Virus record (IMG/VR): IMGVR_UViG_3300047309_000142 | Span: 1 to 53,840 of that record | From: a virus | Lineage: Duplodnaviria > Caudoviricetes | Strand: one strand, 5' to 3' | Length of the DNA stretch: 53,840 nucleotides | Part shown: in pieces, positions 1-8,524 of the stretch | How the letters are laid out: every line of letters starts with the position of its first letter | Position numbering within the stretch: the stretch's first letter is position 1 | Notes under the pieces: generated by a model | The model's database searches: none | Seen by the model: only the letters and a program-made list of their open reading frames with translations | Told to the model about the DNA's origin: nothing | Position numbers and translations under genes: made by a program

Positions 1-652
1 CTGTTAACGTACGCTCTGCATGCCATTCTTCTGCTTGGTTAGCATCTGCAAAGTCCGTAAAGCAGGGTGTGCCTAGTGTCCAATGCAAAAGTTTAGCTTC
101 TTTGTTAGCCCCAAACTCATCAGGCAACCAATTCCATTCTACTGGAAGTGATCCTATTAAATCATCTGCTAGCCAACTAAATCTATGTAATTGGGCACCC
201 GTGGCTAGTTGTACAAACTCTGGAGTAAGAATTTGATTACGTGGATGTTCGCAGTTCCAAAGTATGACACTACTCCAGTTTTTGCGAGGATAATCTTCAT
301 TTTTGGCACCTAAGTATTTTACCTGCATTCGTGTTTTGTAATTATGTTGTACAACCTGTACAGCCTTACTTTCGTCACGTAAATCCCAGAGTTTTTTGAT
401 ATCATCGCGCACTATCATATCACCATCAATAAAAATAGCCCAGCCTTTATAGTCCTGAAGATATGGCACCAAAAATCTACTATAGATAAATTGATTGCTA
501 CCATCTGTATGTACTTCTTCATAGCTGCGTAAAAGATTTAGGGCTAGCGGATTAATACTGATGCCAGTTGAACCATGTCTTATAATACTGTTACTGCAAA
601 CATGAAAAGCAATGCTTTCTCGTGGGTCATAGCCAATATAAATTGAAATCAT
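1..652 (-). CDS. Glycosyltransferase (GT-A/GT8-like), 3' end truncated by window edge
   Basis: Not in the ORF track; translated by hand from ATG at 652: MISIYIGYDPRESIAFHVC...YSRFLVPYL...WAIFIDGDMIV (DxD)...YPRKNWSSVILWNC...EWNWL...LLHWTLGTP. Open to base 1. Confidence 0.85.
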   Translation of the reverse strand, partial: MISIYIGYDPRESIAFHVCSNSIIRHGSTGISINPLALNLLRSYEEVHTDGSNQFIYSRFLVPYLQDYKGWAIFIDGDMIVRDDIKKLWDLRDESKAVQVVQHNYKTRMQVKYLGAKNEDYPRKNWSSVILWNCEHPRNQILTPEFVQLATGAQLHRFSWLADDLIGSLPVEWNWLPDEFGANKEAKLLHWTLGTPCFTDFADANQAEEWHAERTLT

Positions 653-664
653 AAAAGTTCCTGC

Positions 665-683
665 TTAAATATACAGTATTTAA
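665..683. promoter_or_regulatory. Face-to-face pair of TAAATA late-promoter motifs serving the two divergent glycosyltransferases
   Basis: TTAAATA-TACAG-TATTTAA inverted repeat (TAAATA + at 666-671, - at 677-682). Confidence 0.55.
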
Positions 684-695
684 TTGCTGAACAAA

Positions 696-1367
696 ATGAA
701 CAAAATTAATGTTGTATGCTTATATCATGGATCCGCGTATGATATAGAATACGTAATCAATTTAAAATCGGCGGTTTTGCGATGGCTTAAAACTCCACAT
801 GAGTTTCATATCATGACAGATCGCGAAGATCAGTATGTCGCATTGTCAGCTCTTGGTAATGTCATTCCGTTGCCCAAAGCTACATATAATAAAGCATGGT
901 GGCATAAGCTTTATATGTTCAGTTTGGAGTCTGGACTAAGTGGTACCTGTTTATACTTTGATTTGGATGTTATTGCACTAGGTGAGTTAGACTGTTTTAT
1001 AGCACAAACGGATTGTCTACATATCATACATGATTTTAACAGGGTGCATCATAACAATATTAACCTAAGCAATAGCAGTATAGTGAGTTGGCCACACGAA
1101 CGATACCGTTACTTATGGCAACAGTTCAGTGTGGATCCTGCTAGATACCACAATACTATGCCTGGCGATCAGGACTATATCCACAAATACGTGACGGATA
1201 AACAGTGGTATGCACAGGATCTTGCGGTCAGCTATCGCTGGGAATATTTGACCAACAAGTTATACGGTCCTAATACTAGGATGTTGGTATTGCATGGCAA
1301 GCCCAAACCGCATGAGCTTGCCGATCCCAAACTACTTGCTCAGTGGCGTGTTAGCAGTCCAGTATGA
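696..1367 (+). CDS. Glycosyltransferase (GT-A, DxD motif)
   Basis: WWHKLYMF, LYFDLDV (DxD), NSSIV, GDQDYI and VLHGKPKP motifs. ATG at 696 preferred over the TTG at 684. Confidence 0.8.
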   Translation: MNKINVVCLYHGSAYDIEYVINLKSAVLRWLKTPHEFHIMTDREDQYVALSALGNVIPLPKATYNKAWWHKLYMFSLESGLSGTCLYFDLDVIALGELDCFIAQTDCLHIIHDFNRVHHNNINLSNSSIVSWPHERYRYLWQQFSVDPARYHNTMPGDQDYIHKYVTDKQWYAQDLAVSYRWEYLTNKLYGPNTRMLVLHGKPKPHELADPKLLAQWRVSSPV

Positions 1368-1476
1368 TCTTTTTGGCTTTTGCTACATCGCGCTGGCTAC
1401 GAGCAACCCATGCTGCGTGAGCGATTGTGTTTAGTGATACAAGTAACTTTTTGATTGTTTCGATAAATGCGTTCAT
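1351..1476 (-). CDS. 41-aa small protein MNAFIETIKKLLVSLNTIAHAAWVARSQRDVAKAKKIILDC
   Basis: GGAGG Shine-Dalgarno just upstream of the ATG, and a minus-strand TAAATA at 1513-1518. Too short for the ORF track. Confidence 0.65.
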   Translation of the reverse strand: MNAFIETIKKLLVSLNTIAHAAWVARSQRDVAKAKKIILDC

Positions 1477-1584
1477 TTGTTGCCTCCAATTTTAGTAAGT
1501 GCGTTCCGATAGTATTTATTGCTGCGTTGCCACAATTTTAACTTATTTTAATGAAAACAATAAATAAAATATTGGAGACAATAT

Positions 1585-2853
1585 ATGCGTGATCTTATTA
1601 CCCTATTGGACAACCTGTTAATTGAAACTCAGATCTTTGAAAACGATGCTGAGTTAAAAAGCATGAAAGCAGTCATTGCAAATAAGATTAAGAGTCTGCC
1701 AGATGACGACGCCACGGTAAAAGCACTAAGGGAAATTGAAGATCTATTAGCACACGTTCACGCGGGTGGCAAAATGGGAATTATCAACGGTGAACTAAAC
1801 AAAATTGATGATCCTACGGTCCGCGCCGCACACAAGATGCTAGCGCGATATATTTTAAGCTTGGACATGACTCCGCAACAACGAGAAGAATTCTTCAAAC
1901 TTTGGCGTAATGATAAACTAGTTAATAGGCAAAAATTGCTTACAATTGGCAAAACAGATTTCACGCAAATTATCAACAAGTACAATAATAATCCAGTTAT
2001 TAAAGAATTTGTAGATGACATGATGAAGGTATCCGAATTGGGCCAAGGCAAAGGCGAATTTGGACTAAGTGTATTGAGCAAAAATATCAACAAACAAGTT
2101 GGCAAAGGTGACTTGAGTATCGATGGCCGACCAATCGAAGTTAAGACCACTTTTGGTGGTGCTGGGCGTTTCACAGATCAGGAAGTTCGTCCCGCTGCAG
2201 GGTTTGAAGAAGCTGCAAGAAAATTAGCGGCATTTGTTTCCAGCTATCCTACTAATCCACTGGATCTGCCCAAGAGCGGATTGAGTTTGAACAACGCAGT
2301 ACAGTTTGGAAAAAGTTTAACAAAAGACAAACAGAAATATTACAGCCTAGTTGAAAATGTCATTTCACTAATATTTGGTGGCAGTAAAGGAAATAAAAAA
2401 GACTTAAATTCTATAATGACCGCGATCAAATCTGGTGACCCACTTGCTGCTCTTCAGGAATATAGTAAGGCTAGCTTTAACTATTACATGAGTTCTAAAA
2501 AGGACGAGGGTGTATTGTACATCAACTTAACTACTGATCCAATCAGCACTATCTTTTTTAAAGAAGCTAATGACTTGGCAAAGAGCGGGTTACGTTTCCA
2601 TGCTGGCTCTGCTTATATAACAAATTATGCGGACCATCGAGCCCCTTATCCACAAATTAAGATCGTTGATACTAGTCAACCTGCGGGCAAAGAAGATATA
2701 GAATCAGATGAGGCACAAGTAGACCCCAAAGTAGCACAGGATGAAAAATTGCCCCAACCCGGAGCAGCGCCTAAAGGTATTAAGCCCAAAGGCGTAGCGG
2801 CACCAAAGGCAAGTGCAGCACCTAAGAAAGATTTGGGACGAGCAAGACGATAG
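1585..2853 (+). CDS. Late protein with PD-(D/E)XK nuclease-like motif and basic low-complexity tail
   Basis: GKGEF...KGDLSIDGRPIEVKT (E..D..ExK). GGAG RBS, TAAATA at 1561-1566. Confidence 0.6.
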   Translation: MRDLITLLDNLLIETQIFENDAELKSMKAVIANKIKSLPDDDATVKALREIEDLLAHVHAGGKMGIINGELNKIDDPTVRAAHKMLARYILSLDMTPQQREEFFKLWRNDKLVNRQKLLTIGKTDFTQIINKYNNNPVIKEFVDDMMKVSELGQGKGEFGLSVLSKNINKQVGKGDLSIDGRPIEVKTTFGGAGRFTDQEVRPAAGFEEAARKLAAFVSSYPTNPLDLPKSGLSLNNAVQFGKSLTKDKQKYYSLVENVISLIFGGSKGNKKDLNSIMTAIKSGDPLAALQEYSKASFNYYMSSKKDEGVLYINLTTDPISTIFFKEANDLAKSGLRFHAGSAYITNYADHRAPYPQIKIVDTSQPAGKEDIESDEAQVDPKVAQDEKLPQPGAAPKGIKPKGVAAPKASAAPKKDLGRARR

Positions 2854-2882
2854 TTGACAACGATAAGGTATTTTTATATCAT
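2854..2882 (+). promoter_or_regulatory. sigma70-type promoter
   Basis: TTGACA (2854-2859), 17 nt, TATCAT (2877-2882); ATG at 2890. Confidence 0.7.
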
Positions 2883-2889
2883 GGCATAT

Positions 2890-3093
2890 ATGAAAACTTT
2901 CACTGTGCAAAAAGGCGTTGATAACACAGAGCTTTATTTCAAAAATGGCAAGTTGGTGGCCATAGCAGAACCCACAATGCGAGGCTGGAAATTACTGAGT
3001 TTTCCGTCTTTGCGATTGCTAGGGCTTTTCCAAAATCTTTATAACGTAATACCTAGTATTGAAAATCAAGAACATACAACAATTTCTAATTGA
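2890..3093 (+). CDS. Small hypothetical early protein (probably leaderless start at 2890)
   Basis: The ORF-track start (2854) is the -35 hexamer itself; the ATG lies 7 nt after the -10. Confidence 0.6.
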   Translation: MKTFTVQKGVDNTELYFKNGKLVAIAEPTMRGWKLLSFPSLRLLGLFQNLYNVIPSIENQEHTTISN

Positions 3094-3395
3094 TCAAATA
3101 TGAACTTGCGACAAAAATGAAATTTTACTATAATGTAGGGAAATTAATAGTAATCACTATTATTATCCTTTCATTACAGGCATGTGGAATTTTAGCAGGT
3201 TTTTTAGGAGCAAGTCCCAGTTTGATACAGTTAGCACAAACCGCAGATGCAGCAAAGTTAGCAACAGATATTATTTCTGCGTCCCAAACCGGTGCAACTT
3301 CAACTGATCATTTAGTAAGTATTGTAATGAAAATGGAATGTAGAAGCTCGCGCTTTTTGCGTGGTGATCGTTACTGTCAAAGGATTTGTAGTTAA
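3090..3395 (+). CDS. Putative lipoprotein/membrane protein
   Basis: Hydrophobic stretch followed by a lipobox-like LQAC. Confidence 0.5.
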   Translation: MIKYELATKMKFYYNVGKLIVITIIILSLQACGILAGFLGASPSLIQLAQTADAAKLATDIISASQTGATSTDHLVSIVMKMECRSSRFLRGDRYCQRICS

Positions 3396-3396
3396 T

Positions 3397-3699
3397 ATGG
3401 CACAGCACACTCTAGATCCAATTAAACAGGCGCAACGTGTTGAGCCGCCACCTATGTATAGTGTTGTATTGCATAACGATGATTACACAACGTTTGATTT
3501 TGTCGTAAGTATTTTGACTGAAATTTGCGGTTTAACACAGGATGCGGCATTTGCAGTAACCAAAGAAGTGCATACAATGGGAAAAGGTTATGCAGGACTT
3601 TATACCAGAGATGTAGCAGAAACTAAGCAAATATTAATGATGGATGCAGCAAAACAGGAGCAGTATCCACTTTTAGTAACAATTGAACCACGTAGTTAA
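3397..3699 (+). CDS. clpS: ATP-dependent Clp protease adaptor ClpS
   Basis: PPPMYSVVLHNDDYTTFDFVV...VHTMGKGYAGLYTRDVAETK...YPL is the ClpS signature. ATG at 3397. Confidence 0.93.
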   Translation: MAQHTLDPIKQAQRVEPPPMYSVVLHNDDYTTFDFVVSILTEICGLTQDAAFAVTKEVHTMGKGYAGLYTRDVAETKQILMMDAAKQEQYPLLVTIEPRS

Positions 3700-3713
3700 C
3701 TCAAGGAGTATTT

Positions 3714-3869
3714 ATGGTAAATTTTGCCTATTTGTTGGTGGGAATTAACACTTTTACTGCTCTTCATTGCTTTTACACAAATGATTTTCAGCTGGGATTT
3801 TTAATGGGATGTATTTCGCTTATGCTATTTGCATTTGCGAGATTCTTACAGGTAGAAAACAAAAAATAG
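3714..3869 (+). CDS. 51-aa membrane protein
   Basis: AAGGAG RBS; MVNFAYLLVGINTFTALHCF...LGFLMGCISLMLFAFARF has two hydrophobic segments. Confidence 0.65.
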   Translation: MVNFAYLLVGINTFTALHCFYTNDFQLGFLMGCISLMLFAFARFLQVENKK

Positions 3870-3870
3870 T

Positions 3871-4686
3871 ATGAATCGCAATTATAGCGATTGGCCGCTG
3901 TTTGTTTGGCTGCGCAAAAGTGTATTCAAAATTAACAAACCATTCGCTCTGCCCTGGGGCGAATGGGATACCTGGCGCGACCAAACACGTAAGGAACATC
4001 CGTTTGGCTGGTTTATGACCGAAACATTGCCAGATATACTGGAGTTACCGGCCAAATATACGGTGGATCCTATCAACGACCTACGCTATTATGTTCGCAT
4101 GCGTTGGGGGCTTAAGTCGCATTTAATGCGAACAGAACTTAAGCCGGGAATATACCATGACAGCGGTGAAAAACTTTTACATGGCTGTTTTACCGAACTG
4201 GTAGAGTTCGTTGAAATGGATTGCGCTAGCCATAATATCAGATGTGGTCCCGACTCAAATAAGTCCAAATATAATGTACCCTGGTATGAGCGTTTTTGGT
4301 TATTTCGTTGGGGAGCATGGCGCAATGCATCTGCTGGTATTGACTATTTGCGTTGGGAAAGTACATTAGATCATCCGGATCTAGATCCACATGAAGCCAG
4401 CCCAGAGCAAGCGGAATTCGCCAGAGAAAAATTAGCCCTATATTTTTGGTGGACTCAAACTAGGCCCCATCGCACAGATCCGCATGACGCTAGTGGTTGG
4501 AATAAACTAGACGAAGAAGCTAGGCACAATGGTTGGGATATTTTTGGTGATGATTTACCCAAAGATTACAAAAAACGTATGAGCGCGGCCATGGACCTAG
4601 CGCATGATATTGAACTTGACTACGAGAATGAAGATCAAGATATGTTGATAAGATTGATCAAAATTCGCAAAAGTTTATGGACCTAA
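3871..4686 (+). CDS. Hypothetical Trp-rich phage protein
   Basis: 271-aa ORF tightly packed in the operon. Confidence 0.75.
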   Translation: MNRNYSDWPLFVWLRKSVFKINKPFALPWGEWDTWRDQTRKEHPFGWFMTETLPDILELPAKYTVDPINDLRYYVRMRWGLKSHLMRTELKPGIYHDSGEKLLHGCFTELVEFVEMDCASHNIRCGPDSNKSKYNVPWYERFWLFRWGAWRNASAGIDYLRWESTLDHPDLDPHEASPEQAEFAREKLALYFWWTQTRPHRTDPHDASGWNKLDEEARHNGWDIFGDDLPKDYKKRMSAAMDLAHDIELDYENEDQDMLIRLIKIRKSLWT

Positions 4687-4698
4687 AGGAGATAGATA

Positions 4699-4947
4699 AT
4701 GCCCACTGTATGTGTAGAAAAATATGTTGATATTGAAGTAGACGTAGAACTAGATGATTTTGACGACGACGATCTGCGCGAAGAATGTCTGAAGCGTGGT
4801 ATAATTGATGATATTCAATTAGAAGGAAATAACAATAAATTACTAGCAGTGGTGCAAGAGCTGACACTAAACCGGCAGGATCAAGCCATGCGATTGCTGG
4901 AGGAGTTGGTATATGACTGTACAGGACGTATCGTAGTTTTGCGATAA
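4699..4947 (+). CDS. Small acidic hypothetical protein
   Basis: AAGGAG RBS; Asp-rich N-terminus. Confidence 0.75.
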   Translation: MPTVCVEKYVDIEVDVELDDFDDDDLREECLKRGIIDDIQLEGNNNKLLAVVQELTLNRQDQAMRLLEELVYDCTGRIVVLR

Positions 4948-4964
4948 TTTTGGTTATATGTAAT

Positions 4965-4993
4965 TTGACTAATCCGATACAATAGCGTATATT
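4965..4993 (+). promoter_or_regulatory. sigma70-type promoter
   Basis: TTGACT (4965-4970), 17 nt, TATATT (4988-4993). Confidence 0.65.
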
Positions 4994-5023
4994 AATAGTA
5001 TTGAAGTTACCTTTGGAGAGTTC

Positions 5024-5194
5024 ATGTTTACTAGTTTGGAAATGCGTAAAGTATCTAACGGCTTTGTGGTCACGGTCAACAGTGATGATGAAGCATCAGA
5101 ATATGTGTTTGATAGTCTTCGCAAAGCCATTAAATTTGTAAAGGATCTAGCCAATGCCGAATCCGGTAATTCAGGTAAAAAAGTCTCTGAATGA
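5024..5194 (+). CDS. 56-aa hypothetical protein MFTSLEMRKVSNGFVVTV...
   Basis: GGAG RBS, downstream of the promoter. Not in the ORF track. Confidence 0.7.
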   Translation: MFTSLEMRKVSNGFVVTVNSDDEASEYVFDSLRKAIKFVKDLANAESGNSGKKVSE

Positions 5195-5417
5195 TTTAGA
5201 AGTTTTAGGACGCAGACTAGATTCTGTGCGGTCAAGATTGGCCCAAGCTGATTCGGTTTGGAAACAGCAGTTCTACGGCAATCTTTTAGGGCAATTACTG
5301 CGTGAATGGCGCCATAGTATTAACGACTATGACAACAAGGGCTATCGTTATACCTATCCCTGCGAAATTAATTCTGTCCGTAGTATAACCTCAGCTAACG
5401 CTAACTCTTTAAACTAG
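5154..5417 (+). CDS. Hypothetical protein
   Basis: 87-aa ORF with an AAGGA RBS, overlapping the previous gene. Confidence 0.6.
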   Translation: MPNPVIQVKKSLNDLEVLGRRLDSVRSRLAQADSVWKQQFYGNLLGQLLREWRHSINDYDNKGYRYTYPCEINSVRSITSANANSLN

Positions 5418-5423
5418 GAAATT

Positions 5424-5837
5424 ATGAAAATCGGATTCAGTTTAGGCATGTGTGTGGCAGATATTGTGCAGAACCGAGTAGCTTATAATGATGTCTTGTT
5501 CATTATCTCTGGTACAGCTATTAAAACACGTCCAGAACTATCGCAGATAAAAGAGTCCTATGCGGGCAGACCTAACTATTGGCTGGGGCTTGATGCTGAC
5601 AAATGTTTGGATATTTGTTACCAACTCTGGGACGGTCACAAGTTATTGCAGCCAAGACTGCAGGATATCTATCGCTATGGTGTGCCTAAGGATTGTATAT
5701 GGGCAGACATGATGCCTAGCCCTGTAAAAAACAATTCTGCATTACAATCTGCGTGGGATAATTATCGCTTGTTGGTGGACCTGACAGGCGATGTTCCCTC
5801 TGAGGTACAAGAGTATTGGAAACGTGATCAACTTTAA
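5424..5837 (+). CDS. Hypothetical protein
   Basis: 137-aa ORF with an AGGA RBS. Confidence 0.75.
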   Translation: MKIGFSLGMCVADIVQNRVAYNDVLFIISGTAIKTRPELSQIKESYAGRPNYWLGLDADKCLDICYQLWDGHKLLQPRLQDIYRYGVPKDCIWADMMPSPVKNNSALQSAWDNYRLLVDLTGDVPSEVQEYWKRDQL

Positions 5838-5949
5838 TTTGTTGATTTTATTGAAGAAATCTTTTTTGTGTTGAATTTGCTGAATCCATATAAATCAAGC
5901 ACTTACGTTAGATAAAAACGGTTGACTTTTGGTCGTAGATCCGTATAAT
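5835..5949 (+). promoter_or_regulatory. Strong sigma70 promoter preceded by two oppositely oriented IHF-consensus sites
   Basis: TTGACT (5922-5927), 16 nt, TATAAT (5944-5949). WATCAANNNNTTR matches at 5893-5905 (+) and 5835-5847 (-). Confidence 0.7.
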
Positions 5950-5982
5950 AGCGGCATAAGTTAACAACACAGGAGCTAACAA

Positions 5983-7017
5983 ATGACGCAAGCTTTTATT
6001 CGCATTAAACAAGGTAACTATCGTGGCATGGACGCTTCGGGTAAGGTTTTTGCCCTGGTGAAACAATTTGCGCCCAGCGCGAATGGCGGTACGGTTACTG
6101 TGCTTAATGGTAACGTGTTCCCCAACTATCCCGAAACCATCAAAATCAAAGTCGCTAGCTTCACTGACTATGAGTTTGTCAGCGGTGGCGAGTTTGCACA
6201 AGAAGGCGGCACTATGCCTGCTGAAGTCGTTGCGTCCACTGAGACTGATGAGCAAGTCATGGAGCGTATCGCTGGTCGCTTTGACATGCTGGACAAAATG
6301 GCGGCTGCGGCCTGCAATGGTAACATTCGTGCAATGATTGTTTCGGGCCCGCCCGGTGTTGGTAAGAGCTATGGCGTTGAGCGCGAGCTTGAGAAGGCTT
6401 CGCTGTTTGACAAGATTGCTGGGCGTCGTATTAAGTGCGAAGTTATCAAGGGTTCTACGACTGCGCTGGGCCTGTATTGCCAACTTTACAAGTATAGCGA
6501 CGAAGGCAGCGTCCTGGTGTTTGACGATTGCGATTCCATCCTGCTGGACGATGTTAGCTTAAACCTGCTCAAGGGTGCTTTGGACTCAGGCAAGAAGCGT
6601 CGTATTAGCTGGCTTGCTGACAGCTCGATGCTGCGTCGTGAGGGTGTGCCCGACCAGTTTGATTTCAAGGGCTCGGTGATCTTTATTACCAACCTCAAGT
6701 TTGACAAGATGAAGTCGCAGAAGCTGCGCGACCACTTGGATGCATTGCAGTCGCGTTGCCACTATCTGGATCTGACTCTGGATACCATGCGTGACAAGAT
6801 TTGCCGAATTAAGCAAATCGCTCGCTCAGGCGAACTGTTTAGCGACTACGACATTGAAGAAGCTGGCCAAGCTGAGATCATTGACTTTATGGAGTCGAAC
6901 CAAAATCGCTTGCGTGAAATGAGCCTGCGTATGGCTGTGAAGATTGCTGAGCTCTACGCTAGCTTCAAGCAAGACTGGAAAAAGATGTGCGAAGTTACTT
7001 GCATGCGCTCAGCGTAA
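5983..7017 (+). CDS. AAA+ family ATPase
   Basis: Walker A GPPGVGKS, Walker B VLVFDDCD, arginine-finger-like ALQSR; AGGAG RBS. Confidence 0.85.
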   Translation: MTQAFIRIKQGNYRGMDASGKVFALVKQFAPSANGGTVTVLNGNVFPNYPETIKIKVASFTDYEFVSGGEFAQEGGTMPAEVVASTETDEQVMERIAGRFDMLDKMAAAACNGNIRAMIVSGPPGVGKSYGVERELEKASLFDKIAGRRIKCEVIKGSTTALGLYCQLYKYSDEGSVLVFDDCDSILLDDVSLNLLKGALDSGKKRRISWLADSSMLRREGVPDQFDFKGSVIFITNLKFDKMKSQKLRDHLDALQSRCHYLDLTLDTMRDKICRIKQIARSGELFSDYDIEEAGQAEIIDFMESNQNRLREMSLRMAVKIAELYASFKQDWKKMCEVTCMRSA

Positions 7018-7032
7018 TGCAGGTTGTAAGGC

Positions 7033-7100
7033 CCCACTGTTAATCTAGCTCCTAGCAGTGGGTTTTTTGGGACTCGGGCATTCCGAGTCCCTTTTCTTTT
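7033..7100 (+). terminator. Tandem rho-independent terminators
   Basis: CCCACTG...CAGTGGG plus T6 (7033-7068), then GGGACTCGG-GCATT-CCGAGTCCC plus TTTTCTTTT (7069-7100). Confidence 0.85.
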
Positions 7101-7127
7101 GAGTTCACGATCGCAGTCTGCTATACT
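7099..7127 (+). promoter_or_regulatory. sigma70 promoter with extended -10, likely leaderless
   Basis: TTGAGT, 17 nt ending in TGc, TATACT (7122-7127); ATG 6 nt later with no SD. Confidence 0.65.
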
Positions 7128-7133
7128 ACTGGC

Positions 7134-7427
7134 ATGACTGACTATTTGCCAGAACTTAACTTGCGTGACACTGAGCTTAAAACTGCCACTGACGTGTTCC
7201 AACGAGCTAAACAACAGTGGATAACCCGACAGTACGAAACGGGGCGTCATGAGCATCTCAGCGCACGATTTGAACTATGGTTACTAGCACAAGGTGCTCA
7301 ACTAGACCGTGGTTATAGGCCCGGTACACCCTTTTTTAGGGATACATTAGACGTGGCTGCGGGTTGGGATATATTGAGGTTCGAATCTACTGAGCAATTA
7401 TCCTGGTTTGTTTTAAAGTACAGCTGA
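7134..7427 (+). CDS. Hypothetical protein
   Basis: 97-aa ORF, stop/start coupled to the next gene. Confidence 0.7.
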   Translation: MTDYLPELNLRDTELKTATDVFQRAKQQWITRQYETGRHEHLSARFELWLLAQGAQLDRGYRPGTPFFRDTLDVAAGWDILRFESTEQLSWFVLKYS

Positions 7428-8524
7428 TGCAGCATCCCATATATTTAGAAGACTACATTGTCGCTCTTTGTGACCTCAGCGACTTTGCCACACCCGGCGT
7501 TGATGCGGAAACAATGATACGTTTGGGCAAGCGTGATCGCTTACCGGTGCGCAATTTAGCTAACCAAGTTAAACACAAACGGCTAGGACTAACTGATGCA
7601 CAAGTGATCTTGGTGCGATTGCTGGTGGACAAATATCGTAAGCAATTGGCTAAATGGAAAATTGACGCAGCACAAGCTCAGTCTGCGTCACTATTTTTGC
7701 CCATGCGTATTGCTGACAGATATAGGACATTAGAGTGTAGGGACAATATGTTGCAGCTAAGGTTCAATTATGATAAAAAACTTATCGATACACTACACGA
7801 CCTATCGGTTTACAGACAAGGTAAGTTTAATTGGACTAAATCTGAAGGCTATTGGGCTATATATCCCAGCGAAGGCAATGTAGAACAAGTAGTGGAGTTT
7901 GCCATAAAGCATGATTTCACTATAGATCCTCCGGTGCGGGAACTCTATGATCGTGTGAAGAAGTTTAAAGCGGAACACAGAATACAGGAATTTATGCCTA
8001 TGTTATGTGAGGATGTATCAGTCATTAATGCATCGCCTGCACTAAAGGAATTTGTGGAGAACAGTGGGCAAAACTTTTACAGGCTATATGCAGACTCTTG
8101 GTTAAATTCTTATGAAATCTGCGATCATGCAAGACAACGCATGCGAGATCTACTTAAACAACATCACGATCACAGTATACTATACAAACTATTGGGGTCA
8201 CGATATGTTGAATGTTCTTCGCCTAATTATTTGCGTATAGCTGAAACATTCTGTAAAATAACTGGTTATGGGCCAGTTATTTTAGTATTAAATAATACCG
8301 ATCCTGGTCTTAAACCACAGTCCAACGAAACTATGTGTGATGACCCCAGTCGTGTATATTACTTCAATAATGTAGAAAACTTTGATCTAAAACTAACGGT
8401 CATGCCCAACAACAACGCATTGGTAGTGACTGACACTGAGATGTTAAATTGGTTTTGGTTTGATCAAACATTAAATAAAATTTGGTATATAAAGGATCAG
8501 GATGCAGGCACGAATAGTAATTAA
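7427..8524 (+). CDS. Hypothetical protein upstream of the helicase
   Basis: 365-aa ORF; no confident motif. Confidence 0.75.
   Translation: MQHPIYLEDYIVALCDLSDFATPGVDAETMIRLGKRDRLPVRNLANQVKHKRLGLTDAQVILVRLLVDKYRKQLAKWKIDAAQAQSASLFLPMRIADRYRTLECRDNMLQLRFNYDKKLIDTLHDLSVYRQGKFNWTKSEGYWAIYPSEGNVEQVVEFAIKHDFTIDPPVRELYDRVKKFKAEHRIQEFMPMLCEDVSVINASPALKEFVENSGQNFYRLYADSWLNSYEICDHARQRMRDLLKQHHDHSILYKLLGSRYVECSSPNYLRIAETFCKITGYGPVILVLNNTDPGLKPQSNETMCDDPSRVYYFNNVENFDLKLTVMPNNNALVVTDTEMLNWFWFDQTLNKIWYIKDQDAGTNSN

Noticed and set aside
5908-6816. Overlapping alternative ORFs on both strands of the AAA ATPase
   Set aside because: Explained by the biased, GC-richer codon usage of the ATPase; they carry no motifs.
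7018-7100. Structured intergenic sequence as a tRNA or ncRNA
   Set aside because: It is two hairpins each followed by a T-run (terminators), with no cloverleaf or T-loop. I recognised no tRNA or rRNA anywhere in the window.
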